From Acaryochloris marina MBIC11017 (GTDB taxonomy: Bacteria; Cyanobacteriota; Cyanobacteriia; Thermosynechococcales; Thermosynechococcaceae), in NCBI RefSeq assembly GCF_000018105.1, contig NC_009928.1, positions 210,001 to 242,000 on the forward strand: a stretch of 32,000 nucleotides of DNA, given 5' to 3'. The notes below the pieces were generated by a model. It made no database searches. It was not told where the DNA came from and worked only from the letters and a program-made list of their open reading frames with translations. Both the position numbers and the translations under genes were made by a program. Below are positions 8,985 through 15,839 of this stretch, piece after piece (position 1 is the stretch's first letter; each line of letters begins with the position of its first letter).

Positions 8985-9266
8985 TCACACTTGGGCCAAG
9001 ACCTTCATTCCCACCTCCGTCTCGCCTCCTTCGTCCATCTCTCGAAGGTTCTTCAGGTATTCTGGTGTCGGATAAATTCCCCGTACCTTGCCGCAGTCTT
9101 CACAAAGCCAACGACAGTAGGGGCGACCAGAGGATTTGTGGATCAAGACTTGGGATGCGATGGCCTAAGGCCGGTCGGAGACCATCGCAAATCGTAATTG
9201 ATGACAACTATGGCAACGACGAATCAGCGGCACCTCAATGGGTCGCACAGTTAGTTTCATAAACAT
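8985..9266 (-). pseudogene. small zinc-ribbon protein gene interrupted by a palindromic mini-element (in-frame TAG)
   Basis: Own translation from the ATG at 9266 (AGGAGA Shine-Dalgarno 8 nt upstream): MFMKLTVRPIEVPLIRRCHSCHQLRFAMVSDRP*AIASQVLIHKSSGRPYCRWLCEDCGKVRGIYPTPEYLKNLREMDEGGETEVGMKVLAQV*. One frame runs throughout. The TAG at 9165-9167 lies inside the 34-bp palindrome. Confidence 0.45.
9156..9189. repeat. 34-bp palindromic mini-element, copy 1 (TGCGATGG-N18-CCATCGCA)
   Basis: tgcgatggcctaaggccggtcggagaccatcgca. Its reverse complement matches 15105-15138 except for 3 positions. The terminal arms are perfect 8-bp inverted repeats. Confidence 0.75.
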
Positions 9267-9308
9267 GGTAAATTTCTCCTAGCAAGCAAATTTCAATGAT
9301 TTAGCTTG

Positions 9309-9339
9309 AGGCGATTCTTCCCACCTTGAATCGCCTTTT
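9309..9339 (+). terminator. hairpin plus T-run (plus strand), antisense and upstream of the zinc-ribbon gene
   Basis: aggcgatt-cttcccaccttg-aatcgcct followed by tttc. No plus-strand gene lies upstream. Confidence 0.3.
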
Positions 9340-10106
9340 CCTATTACTTCGATTGACTCAAGACCGCCCTATCTGCAAGCTTCTTTGTGCTTCAACTCCA
9401 AGTAGGACTTAATGACATCGCCGTGGCAGGCCAGGGGAATGCACTATGCTATGTTGTTCCTTGAGCAAGGGACAAATGAATTTCATTGTCAAAGGCAGTT
9501 TTCAGGTATGGGAATCGCCTTTTTCAAGAAATACCTCGGTAGCTCTATGACCTGGAATGTTGGGAATCCACCTAGTAAGGGAACCCTGAGCACATGTCTT
9601 ATTCATCAGGTTTCTAAAGGTAGCTTTCTGAGTGAGCTGCCTTTTTTATGGCTTAAATCGCCCTCAGAGCATTTAGGCTGTGTTAAATTCACAAGTAATT
9701 ATGAATGGCAATTATTGCTGGGCAATCTCAATCACCACAGGCTGCCCTTTCCCTATCCAAAGGGAGTCCAAGACCTTTACCCCAGCTTTGTCATTATTTA
9801 TCTTAATCAGGGTATCCTCACCTTTAGAAATGTGAGAGAGGCTATCCACTCTCACAGCCTTTTCAGAACAGATTTTAGACAGCTTCGGTAGCAAGAAGCT
9901 GTCTTTTTTAATCTAGCCTCATCACTTTCCCTCACTCGCTGATTTACAGCGGATATTCTTAGAGCCTTCTAGCAGTTAAACATGACCACAATCATCAAGA
10001 TTTCAATGGTCATTACAGGTTTGTAACTGCCACAATCCCTACATTGCTCGATGTGCTGATCATAGAGTCGATGGCTTGTGATCATGGTTTTTTATCTCAA
10101 AAAATA

Positions 10107-10627
10107 CTATTGCCTACTTGGGTGATTCTCTAAATATGAGTCGCCTTTTCCACAGCTATTGCATCCTCTCCCCTCACACCAGGTCATCCTAGATTTAGCC
10201 AACTGGCAATCACTGACATCATCTGGTTGCTCTGCCCAGAACAACTCAAAAGCTTGCTGAATCATTCCGTCTCCAGGTTTTCGCATTCTGCCCCTGAACC
10301 TCAGCACCTCTACTTGAGAACTGCTCTGCCGTTCCACATGCCAGCATTGATTGCCCTCAAAATCAGGACAAAATTAGGCTGACTGTATCCCACGGAGTAG
10401 ATGTAAGCAATATTTCATTTCTAAGATCACTTCCGCAATCGTTTTATACCCTGCTGATACACCTCCCTGATTTGAGGCGATGATAAGCATATGCCCTTGT
10501 AAGGTGTGCCATCTCACGGCATCCAAAACACCAGGAAGTAAAATTTGGTCCTCTGGTTTTTGCACAAACTTCTTGCCCTTTTGGGGGTAGTGAGAGTTCC
10601 GTCCTTATCTAGAATGATGAGTTTCAT
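10107..10627 (-). pseudogene. HAD-IIIA family phosphatase (GmhB/PNKP-phosphatase-like) with one frameshift and one in-frame TAA
   Basis: Own translation: MKLIILDKDGTLTTPK (DxDGT motif, ATG at 10627). The frame then changes within the C5A4G3 run at 10576-10587. It continues ..KKFVQKPEDQILLPGVLDAV..LIIASNQGGVSAGY... An in-frame TAA lies at 10374-10376, followed by FCPDFEG....RGRMRKPGDGMIQQAFE (the CRKP..GM motif). Confidence 0.7.
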
Positions 10628-10669
10628 CGTTTTGGATAAGATATCCAATGTCTTATCTAATAATTGAAT

Positions 10670-10825
10670 CTAAGACTCATACCAATAGATTAACCTCAAC
10701 CCCATCGCAGCCACGTACTCCCTGATGACCGCCCCAAGGCTTTCCTGGGTTTGGGCTTGTTGGAAATCAATCAACTGGAAGGAGCGGCCATTCCAGACTT
10801 CGATTTTGGCGATGTGGATTTTCAT
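10670..10825 (-). CDS. small hypothetical protein (51 aa)
   Basis: Own translation: MKIHIAKIEVWNGRSFQLIDFQQAQTQESLGAVIREYVAAMGLRLIYWYES. GGAGGT Shine-Dalgarno upstream. Lies immediately upstream of the HAD pseudogene. Confidence 0.35.
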   Translation of the reverse strand: MKIHIAKIEVWNGRSFQLIDFQQAQTQESLGAVIREYVAAMGLRLIYWYES

Positions 10826-10996
10826 GGGATTACCTCCGGTGATTCAGAAGGAAGCCCCCCGGCAGTGAACCAAGGAGCAGCAAGTGTGAGGGAAAAAGCA
10901 AAGATAAGACAAGAAAGAGAAAGGTTTGGGGGGGGAGGGGGGTGCTGTTGACTGGGTTGCAAGGCTGGGAGATATCCCACCAATATTTCAGAAGAG

Positions 10997-11026
10997 AAAA
11001 CCCCGGACAGGAGCAGCCGGGGTTTT
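10997..11026. terminator. bidirectional rho-independent terminator
   Basis: aaaa-ccccgg-acaggagcag-ccgggg-tttt. GC stem flanked by an A-run and a T-run. Confidence 0.6.
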
Positions 11027-11224
11027 AGGGAGTAACCGAAGATCGAGTGACAAACCCAATCGGTGAGAGAAGAAACTCAAAAATGAAGTATTGAGGCTTA
11101 AATACTAGATAATGCTACTTATTGTTAGGTATTAGACTACATTTCTAGACCTAATCATGTGGTAAATTTGGCCACATATTAATCAAGTTCTCAACCAATC
11201 AGAGAAAAGGACGAAAAGCTGGCA

Positions 11225-11440
11225 TCAAGCCGTAGGAGCCGCAAACCCTACCTTGGTCCGATCCAGGATGGTCTGGGCTGCCCTGATGCCAAGGGGATTA
11301 TCAAGGCGAAGGCAAGGATTTTCTGAATTCGGTTCAAGAATCCAGGCAATACCCTCAAAGCGTTTGCCGCACTCCACAGCAGCATCAACCCTGATTTGGT
11401 CATCGACCCAGACGTAAGCGTAGGTAATTTCAGGAGGCAT
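11225..11440 (-). CDS. hypothetical protein (71 aa)
   Basis: Track ORF. GGAG lies 9 nt upstream of the ATG. Its composition is more protein-like than the overlapping 11248..11475 frame. Confidence 0.45.
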   Translation of the reverse strand: MPPEITYAYVWVDDQIRVDAAVECGKRFEGIAWILEPNSENPCLRLDNPLGIRAAQTILDRTKVGFAAPTA

Positions 11441-11523
11441 GGGTCTTGCTCCGTCAAAAGGACATGGGAAAACACCCCAGCAAAAGGCCAGGGTGCTAGG
11501 AGTAATATTGTTTGTTGTCGGGA

Positions 11524-11736
11524 CTAGCGGTTAGTGACAACTGGAATAATAATTGCTAACGCCGCAGTCAGAATTAAGCCAAAAGCAAGATTCACCACCT
11601 GCTGGCTAGCCTTTAGATAGAGTTCAACCCTTTCGTTTGACTTGATAGATTGCTCTTTGAGCGCTTTCAAATCCTCACCAAAGCCAGTAAGTAACCCTTC
11701 AATGCGGTCAAGTCGATCAGGGTCAGATGCTGTCAT
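11524..11736 (-). CDS. coiled-coil protein with C-terminal transmembrane anchor (70 aa)
   Basis: Track ORF trimmed to the ATG at 11736 (AAGGAG 6 nt upstream). MTASDPDRLDRIEGLL...; the hydrophobic tail is LAFGLILTAALAIIIPVV. Confidence 0.5.
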   Translation of the reverse strand: MTASDPDRLDRIEGLLTGFGEDLKALKEQSIKSNERVELYLKASQQVVNLAFGLILTAALAIIIPVVTNR

Positions 11737-11818
11737 CGTAAGCTCCTTGGTTATTGTCATTTTACCAATCTGAGATGGGAAGAGCCCTAGCCCGCAAGCC
11801 AGGGTGCGACGGAAGACG

Positions 11819-12163
11819 TTAATACTCACTGGAGTGCATGATGGTCATCACTCGGGTGGTGATGGCTGTGTTAGTGGGGTCTTCTGAACCGTGGATCAGA
11901 TCCGGCGCGTAATAGTCAATCTTGAAAAAGTATTTTCCACCCTTGAACTCCACACTCCCGTAATCATGCTCTTTCCACAGGTCATTATCTTTCGTAAACT
12001 CATCGAACGTGCGGACCAATCGGAAGAGTTCTTGTTGTTCCTTTGACGAAAGACCTTGAACAAGCTGAGTCGTGTAGACCTGGCCTAGGGTATGGTCACC
12101 TTGGCGGAAGCGGTCATTGAGCTGGGCAATAGTGGGGGCTTGGGTTGCTTCTGTAATGGTCAT
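11819..12163 (-). CDS. DUF3768 domain protein (plasmid/conjugative-element associated)
   Basis: Track ORF. ..KEHDYGSVEFKGGKYFFKIDYYAPDL..GSEDPTNTAITTRVMTIMHSSEY matches the DUF3768 signature as I recall it. Confidence 0.7.
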   Translation of the reverse strand: MTITEATQAPTIAQLNDRFRQGDHTLGQVYTTQLVQGLSSKEQQELFRLVRTFDEFTKDNDLWKEHDYGSVEFKGGKYFFKIDYYAPDLIHGSEDPTNTAITTRVMTIMHSSEY

Positions 12164-12229
12164 AAGATTGTGTCCTCTGAATGTTCCTGAGACGGGGCAG
12201 GGGCAAGAGGTGCCCCTGTGGTGGATGGA

Positions 12230-12496
12230 CTAGAATTCGTCCTCAGCCAGTAACTGCTGAGTCGTGAATATAGGCTGAACAAAAATCAGGCGACCTGAAG
12301 GATAGTTTTCTTCTACCCACCGTTCGCATTGTTGGCGACTGGTCACATGGGCCTGACTGGGAAGCTCGATGGTTAGGTCGATTTCTTTGCCGCCGCCTCT
12401 CACGCCAGGGTAGAAATCGATGGTGATATCGAACTTCCGAGTCTTGGGATAGAGAGCAGCATATCGTTGCTCTGGAGTCAGAAGTGCTACAGTCAT
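12230..12496 (-). CDS. hypothetical protein (88 aa)
   Basis: Track ORF on the same strand, just upstream of the DUF3768 gene. Confidence 0.5.
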   Translation of the reverse strand: MTVALLTPEQRYAALYPKTRKFDITIDFYPGVRGGGKEIDLTIELPSQAHVTSRQQCERWVEENYPSGRLIFVQPIFTTQQLLAEDEF

Positions 12497-12526
12497 GTCG
12501 TGAACCTCGTAGAGGGTTTACATGGA

Positions 12527-12569
12527 GAGCCGCTGGAGTCTCCTGCCCGGAATGTCCAGCGGCTCTTTT
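12527..12569 (+). terminator. strong hairpin plus T-run with no plus-strand gene upstream
   Basis: gagccgctgga-N17-tccagcggctc, then tttt. The stem is a perfect 11 bp. Confidence 0.4.
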
Positions 12570-12724
12570 AATGAAAGTTTTGTCTCTATCCTTTGATTGC
12601 TTCTTCTAGCTTCTTTACCCAGTCTGGAAGACCTTGTGCTCTGCCTAGAAGATCATGTCTCTGGACTATTTCGGTGGAAGCCTTTCGGGGCGCTTTCCTT
12701 TCCTTTTGATATACTATAAATATA

Positions 12725-12785
12725 ACGTTATACGTCTAACGTGTCAAGTAATTTGCTAGATTAGACATCTATTACGTTGTACGTC
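12725..12785. promoter_or_regulatory. two direct copies of ACGTT(A/G)TACGTC upstream of the XRE regulator (candidate operators)
   Basis: acgttatacgtc at 12725-12736 and acgttgtacgtc at 12774-12785. An AT-rich tataaat box at ~12713 precedes them. Confidence 0.35.
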
Positions 12786-12809
12786 ACACTTAAACAAAGG
12801 TAATTCGGT

Positions 12810-13049
12810 ATGTACTCTGGCGTGAAAGTTGTTAGAACCCAAGAAATAAGCGTTCCTGGACTAGGCGACCGCATCAAAAGTGCAAGGGAAAATGATCCAA
12901 GATCCCTCAGTGCAATCTGTGGGGCAACTGGTATGAGTGCCACCAATTGGTATCGCATTGAATCTGAGAAGCAACTCTTGCCTGAAGAGACTTTGAGAAA
13001 AATTGAGTCAGTCTTAGGGGTTGATTTTGGAATTAAGTTTGACGAATAA
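12810..13049 (+). CDS. XRE-family helix-turn-helix transcriptional regulator
   Basis: Track ORF. ..LGDRIKSARENDPRSLSAICGATGMSATNWYRIESEK.. is a typical Cro/C1 HTH. Confidence 0.7.
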   Translation: MYSGVKVVRTQEISVPGLGDRIKSARENDPRSLSAICGATGMSATNWYRIESEKQLLPEETLRKIESVLGVDFGIKFDE

Positions 13050-13100
13050 CTCGGTGAATTTTTAGACCTACTTCATGAATAACTATTGGGATAACTGACA

Positions 13101-13397
13101 ATGACCAATGAGCGATGGACCGATGAAAGGCTTGACCGCCTCGCCGATATCGTTGCCAACAACAGAGCTGACATTCAAGTCCTGATCCAGGGGCAAGAAA
13201 GATTGCAGAATGTCCAAACTGGACTGGCAGAAACACAAGGGCAGCTAGCACAAACACAAGAGGTTATTGCTAATGCTGTTACTGCAATACAAAATAGCCA
13301 AGAGAGACAGGAGGAAATCCTCAGTTCGCTAGCAGCAGGGCAAGAGAAGCAAGACAGAATCCTTGACTACCTGATGAGCCGCGACTCTAGCAGCTAA
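13101..13397 (+). CDS. coiled-coil hypothetical protein (98 aa)
   Basis: Track ORF. Q/E-rich heptad-like sequence. Its N-terminus (..ERLDRLADIV..) resembles that of 11524..11736. Confidence 0.5.
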   Translation: MTNERWTDERLDRLADIVANNRADIQVLIQGQERLQNVQTGLAETQGQLAQTQEVIANAVTAIQNSQERQEEILSSLAAGQEKQDRILDYLMSRDSSS

Positions 13398-13414
13398 GAA
13401 AACATTCCAAAAAC

Positions 13415-13545
13415 TCATAACACCCCCCACAGCCCACTTCTCGGACTTGTCCTAGGAAGCTCCGGGGTTCTCCTCTGGCGCTTCCGCAGGGCCAAAGATC
13501 TTCCGGTGGAGGTTCGGGGGGTGGGGGTGTGAGGGAGCTTGGGTC
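13415..13545 (+). repeat. G-arm/CA-arm repeat family, copy 1
   Basis: The core ggacttgtcctagg..ctggcgcttccgcagg..ggtggaggttcggggggtgggggtgtgagggagcttggg aligns with 13972-14130 and 29685-29836. It abuts the VOC stop codon. Confidence 0.7.
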
Positions 13546-13920
13546 TCAGTTCTCCTCATGGCTTGGACCGATTAGGCCAATCAAGTTCCCGTCAGGATCC
13601 ATCACCTGGCACATATACTTCCCATCTTGTCGATCTAATGGGCCACGATAGAGCTTGGCTCCTAAATTGAGTGCTCGTTCAAGTACCACACCGAAATCTG
13701 CAACTTGCCAATAGGCAACATGTCCCGCTGCTCCTGATGGCACTTTGCTATCCGATTGATGAAAACATACTTCATGATTGCCAACTTTTATAAAGAAGTG
13801 CTCCAAATTCTCTAACCAGGTAATCTCAATGTCAAACAAGGATGAATACCACGCTGCTGCCGCATAGCGATCAGAGACAAAATACATGACTTCAGCAACA
13901 TACTCAAACAAGCTACTCAC
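13546..13920 (-). CDS. VOC (glyoxalase/bleomycin-resistance/dioxygenase) family protein
   Basis: Track ORF. ..HVAYWQVADF..ALNLGAKLYRGPLD...MCQVMDPDGNLIGLIG is a typical VOC fold sequence. Confidence 0.8.
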   Translation of the reverse strand: MSSLFEYVAEVMYFVSDRYAAAAWYSSLFDIEITWLENLEHFFIKVGNHEVCFHQSDSKVPSGAAGHVAYWQVADFGVVLERALNLGAKLYRGPLDRQDGKYMCQVMDPDGNLIGLIGPSHEEN

Positions 13921-13971
13921 CTACAATTACTCTATCAACTGCTGACACCAACACCGTCTAATGGAATACTA

Positions 13972-14130
13972 GGACACCACAACCCGTATCAGCCAGCCTA
14001 AAACAATCCCAAGTCTACCCCTGAACTTGTCTTAGGGTAGGCTTGGGATCTGTCTTTGGAGCTTCAGCAGACCCACAGATCCCCTGGTGGGGGTTCGGGT
14101 GGTGGTGTGAGCGAGTTCGGTTATGGTGGC
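13972..14130 (+). repeat. G-arm/CA-arm repeat family, copy 2
   Basis: gaacttgtcttagg..ctttggagcttcagcagacc..ctggtgggggttcgggtggtggtgtgagcgag. The terminal ~12-nt arms gacaccacaacc and ggttatggtggc are imperfectly complementary. Confidence 0.7.
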
Positions 14131-14262
14131 ATCAAAGATGCGATCGCGAATCCAGCTTCAACAAATTACTAAAACAATCATTGAGATATCTCAGCTTCTA
14201 GGTAGATACAGAATTCTCTCCACATCATTTATCCTAGGCTCCAATATCCCTGGACCGAAGCC

Positions 14263-14676
14263 ATGACTTGCATCCCATTACTGGAGCCACAACAGTTGGA
14301 GTTGCTTAGTATCGCCATCAAACATCCCAATGAAATCATTAATCTTTCATATGAATTTCCTGTAACGGGTCAGCATGAACCACCGAGTCAACATCCTGCA
14401 TTCATCCAAGACTTGATCGATGAAAACCTGATTCAAGTACAAGTAACTGGACTTCAGATCCAGCGTTCCAAGGTTCAGCAAGAAAGCTGGTCAGTGTATT
14501 GTGATGACATTCATTCCCCCTCCCAAAAAGATTGGGAGTTGTGGCGAAAGGCGTTTACTGCCCAGAGAGCAGGTAGCATCATCCCTGACATGACACCTGG
14601 GGCTGGGTTTGAAGAATTCAGTAACGTCTGGATTCGCGAGATTGACCTTCAAGTTATTCAGCCCCAAAAGCTATGA
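14263..14676 (+). CDS. hypothetical protein (137 aa)
   Basis: Track ORF only. Confidence 0.45.
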   Translation: MTCIPLLEPQQLELLSIAIKHPNEIINLSYEFPVTGQHEPPSQHPAFIQDLIDENLIQVQVTGLQIQRSKVQQESWSVYCDDIHSPSQKDWELWRKAFTAQRAGSIIPDMTPGAGFEEFSNVWIREIDLQVIQPQKL

Positions 14677-14788
14677 TTGAAATAAGGTTTTCAGGGAAAG
14701 TCTGAAGCAGAATCGTCTCAGTTGCTTCAGTGGCTTATTGATGTGTGCTTAGCCCATGATTAGCGATTGCTATTTAGGAGGTTTCGTC

Positions 14789-14869
14789 ATGAACAACACC
14801 ATCTATGTCATTATCGGTATCCTCTGGTTTACTCTTTTCTTTTTCATGATCATCAACTTTATTTTATAG
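14789..14869 (+). CDS. 26-aa hydrophobic peptide (candidate small membrane toxin-like ORF)
   Basis: Own translation: MNNTIYVIIGILWFTLFFFMIINFIL. AGGAGG Shine-Dalgarno 7 nt upstream of the ATG. Confidence 0.3.
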   Translation: MNNTIYVIIGILWFTLFFFMIINFIL

Positions 14870-14992
14870 AGATAAATCTTGCTACATTTATGGGGTTTTG
14901 TCAGTCTTTTATGCAAACATCGCTACCTCGGTACTACCAAAATCAATCACCGAAATTCCGGTATTTGAGCATAGAAGTTAAAAACCACAAAA

Positions 14993-15160
14993 ATGGCAAT
15001 TCAGTCTACAAAAAGGTTTCAAGTGCTTTTCTCTGATGCACTCACCCAATCTCTCAGTGAAAGGGGCAAGGACAAGGAGTTGGTCTGTAGCCTGGTATTG
15101 GGATTGCGATGGTCTTCGACCGGCCTCCGGCCATCGCAAATAACAAGACCAAGACTTTAG
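14993..15160 (+). CDS. ribbon-helix-helix-like small protein carrying an in-frame copy of the palindromic mini-element
   Basis: Own translation: MAIQSTKRFQVLFSDALTQSLSERGKDKELVCSLVLGLRWSSTGLRPSQITRPRL. The N-terminus resembles CopG/RHH antitoxins (KR.QV.F.D.L...L). Residues LRWSSTGLRPSQ are encoded by the 34-bp palindrome. Confidence 0.35.
   Translation: MAIQSTKRFQVLFSDALTQSLSERGKDKELVCSLVLGLRWSSTGLRPSQITRPRL
15105..15138. repeat. 34-bp palindromic mini-element, copy 2 (opposite orientation to copy 1)
   Basis: tgcgatggtcttcgaccggcctccggccatcgca. See 9156-9189. Confidence 0.75.
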
Positions 15161-15193
15161 CGAAAACCCCAGACACCCCAAAGCTCACTCTTA

Positions 15194-15232
15194 GGCCTAA
15201 AACGACCGAAGCTGCGATATGGGGCAATTTAG
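15194..15232 (+). repeat. transposon terminal inverted repeat, left copy (unoccupied intron homing site at 15232/15233)
   Basis: ggcctaaaacgaccgaagctgcgatatggggcaatttag. It is 39/39 identical (40/40 including 15193) to the reverse complement of 20874-20912. Its length and its inner ..TTTAG end are reminiscent of Tn3-family 38-bp IRs, which end in TAAG. Confidence 0.8.
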
Positions 15233-15275
15233 TATATATGTACTTAAATGAGAGGCGATTCTGTCACAATTACCG

Positions 15276-15776
15276 TCAGCCCTCCTTCTCCACATGGAGC
15301 GCTTTTAGGGCTTGATAAGCCGTTCCACAATACGGACAGAATCGATGCTTGAGAGACGCAATCTGTTCATTGCAATTGACACATCTGTCTCGAAGTTGCG
15401 TACCGCAAACATAGCAGTATTGAGCACGGCTATGAAGCCAGATTGAATCTGGAGGCGTTCCCGGCCGCCAACAGTGAGGGCAAAACCGAATCCCTTGGTT
15501 GGGACTAACCACCGTTCCACGACAGACCGCATCAAGATAATCACTGGGAATTTGGAGGGCAGCTGCTAATCCTTGTTTCGTTTTCCGATTCAAGGAACTG
15601 GTTTTATTGCGTTCTAGCTTGCCATAGCTTTGGGCATGGACCCCTGCCTTTATCGCCACTTCCTTTTGGGACAAACCGAGCGTTGTTCGGAGACGATGGA
15701 CATAATCACCCAAGGATTCTCCAGCTTGTGGAACCGAGCTAGATTCTAAACGCTGCATTACAAGCTTACTCATCAA
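15276..15776 (-). CDS. XRE-type HTH protein with C-terminal double zinc ribbon (transposon passenger or regulator)
   Basis: Track ORF. ..LRTTLGLSQKEVAIKAGVHAQSYGKLERNK.. (HTH), then FCPHCW..YCYVCG..CVNCN..FCPYCG (four CxxC pairs). Confidence 0.7.
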   Translation of the reverse strand: MMSKLVMQRLESSSVPQAGESLGDYVHRLRTTLGLSQKEVAIKAGVHAQSYGKLERNKTSSLNRKTKQGLAAALQIPSDYLDAVCRGTVVSPNQGIRFCPHCWRPGTPPDSIWLHSRAQYCYVCGTQLRDRCVNCNEQIASLKHRFCPYCGTAYQALKALHVEKEG

Positions 15777-15839
15777 TCATTCATCAGAGGTATACTTCAT
15801 GCGGCTGTTGGAGCCTTAAGACTTAACAGAAAGATCATC

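Noticed and set aside
9412-9891. The 159-aa plus-strand ORF as a gene
   Set aside because: It has no Shine-Dalgarno and a W/C/H/F-rich, low-complexity-free but non-protein-like composition. No motif is recognisable, and competing short ORFs lie on the other strand. It is probably non-coding or degraded sequence, although a real orphan gene cannot be excluded.
10900-10950. The G-run (ggggggggaggggggtg) as a fourth copy of the G-arm repeat family
   Set aside because: Only the G-richness is shared. The conserved core (GGACTTGTC..CTTCAGCAG..GGTTCGGG) is absent.
13505-13530. A tRNA-like T-arm (GGTTCGGG) inside the G-rich repeats
   Set aside because: The bases following the TTCGGGT loop are G-rich rather than complementary to the preceding G-run. 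No T-stem, acceptor stem or anticodon arm can form.
13415-14130. The repeats flanking the VOC and DinB genes as integron attC sites (cassette array)
   Set aside because: The gene content (VOC, DinB, SRPBCC, small TA-like ORFs) is cassette-like. However, no IntI-type integrase or attI is present, and the repeats lack RYYYAAC/GTTRRRY core sites at their ends. The two genes are also flanked by different repeat families. The idea is kept only as a remote possibility.
14140-14147. The HIP1 octamer GCGATCGC as a feature of interest
   Set aside because: I noticed only one occurrence in 32 kb. It is useful only as a weak hint of cyanobacterial origin, not as a local functional element.
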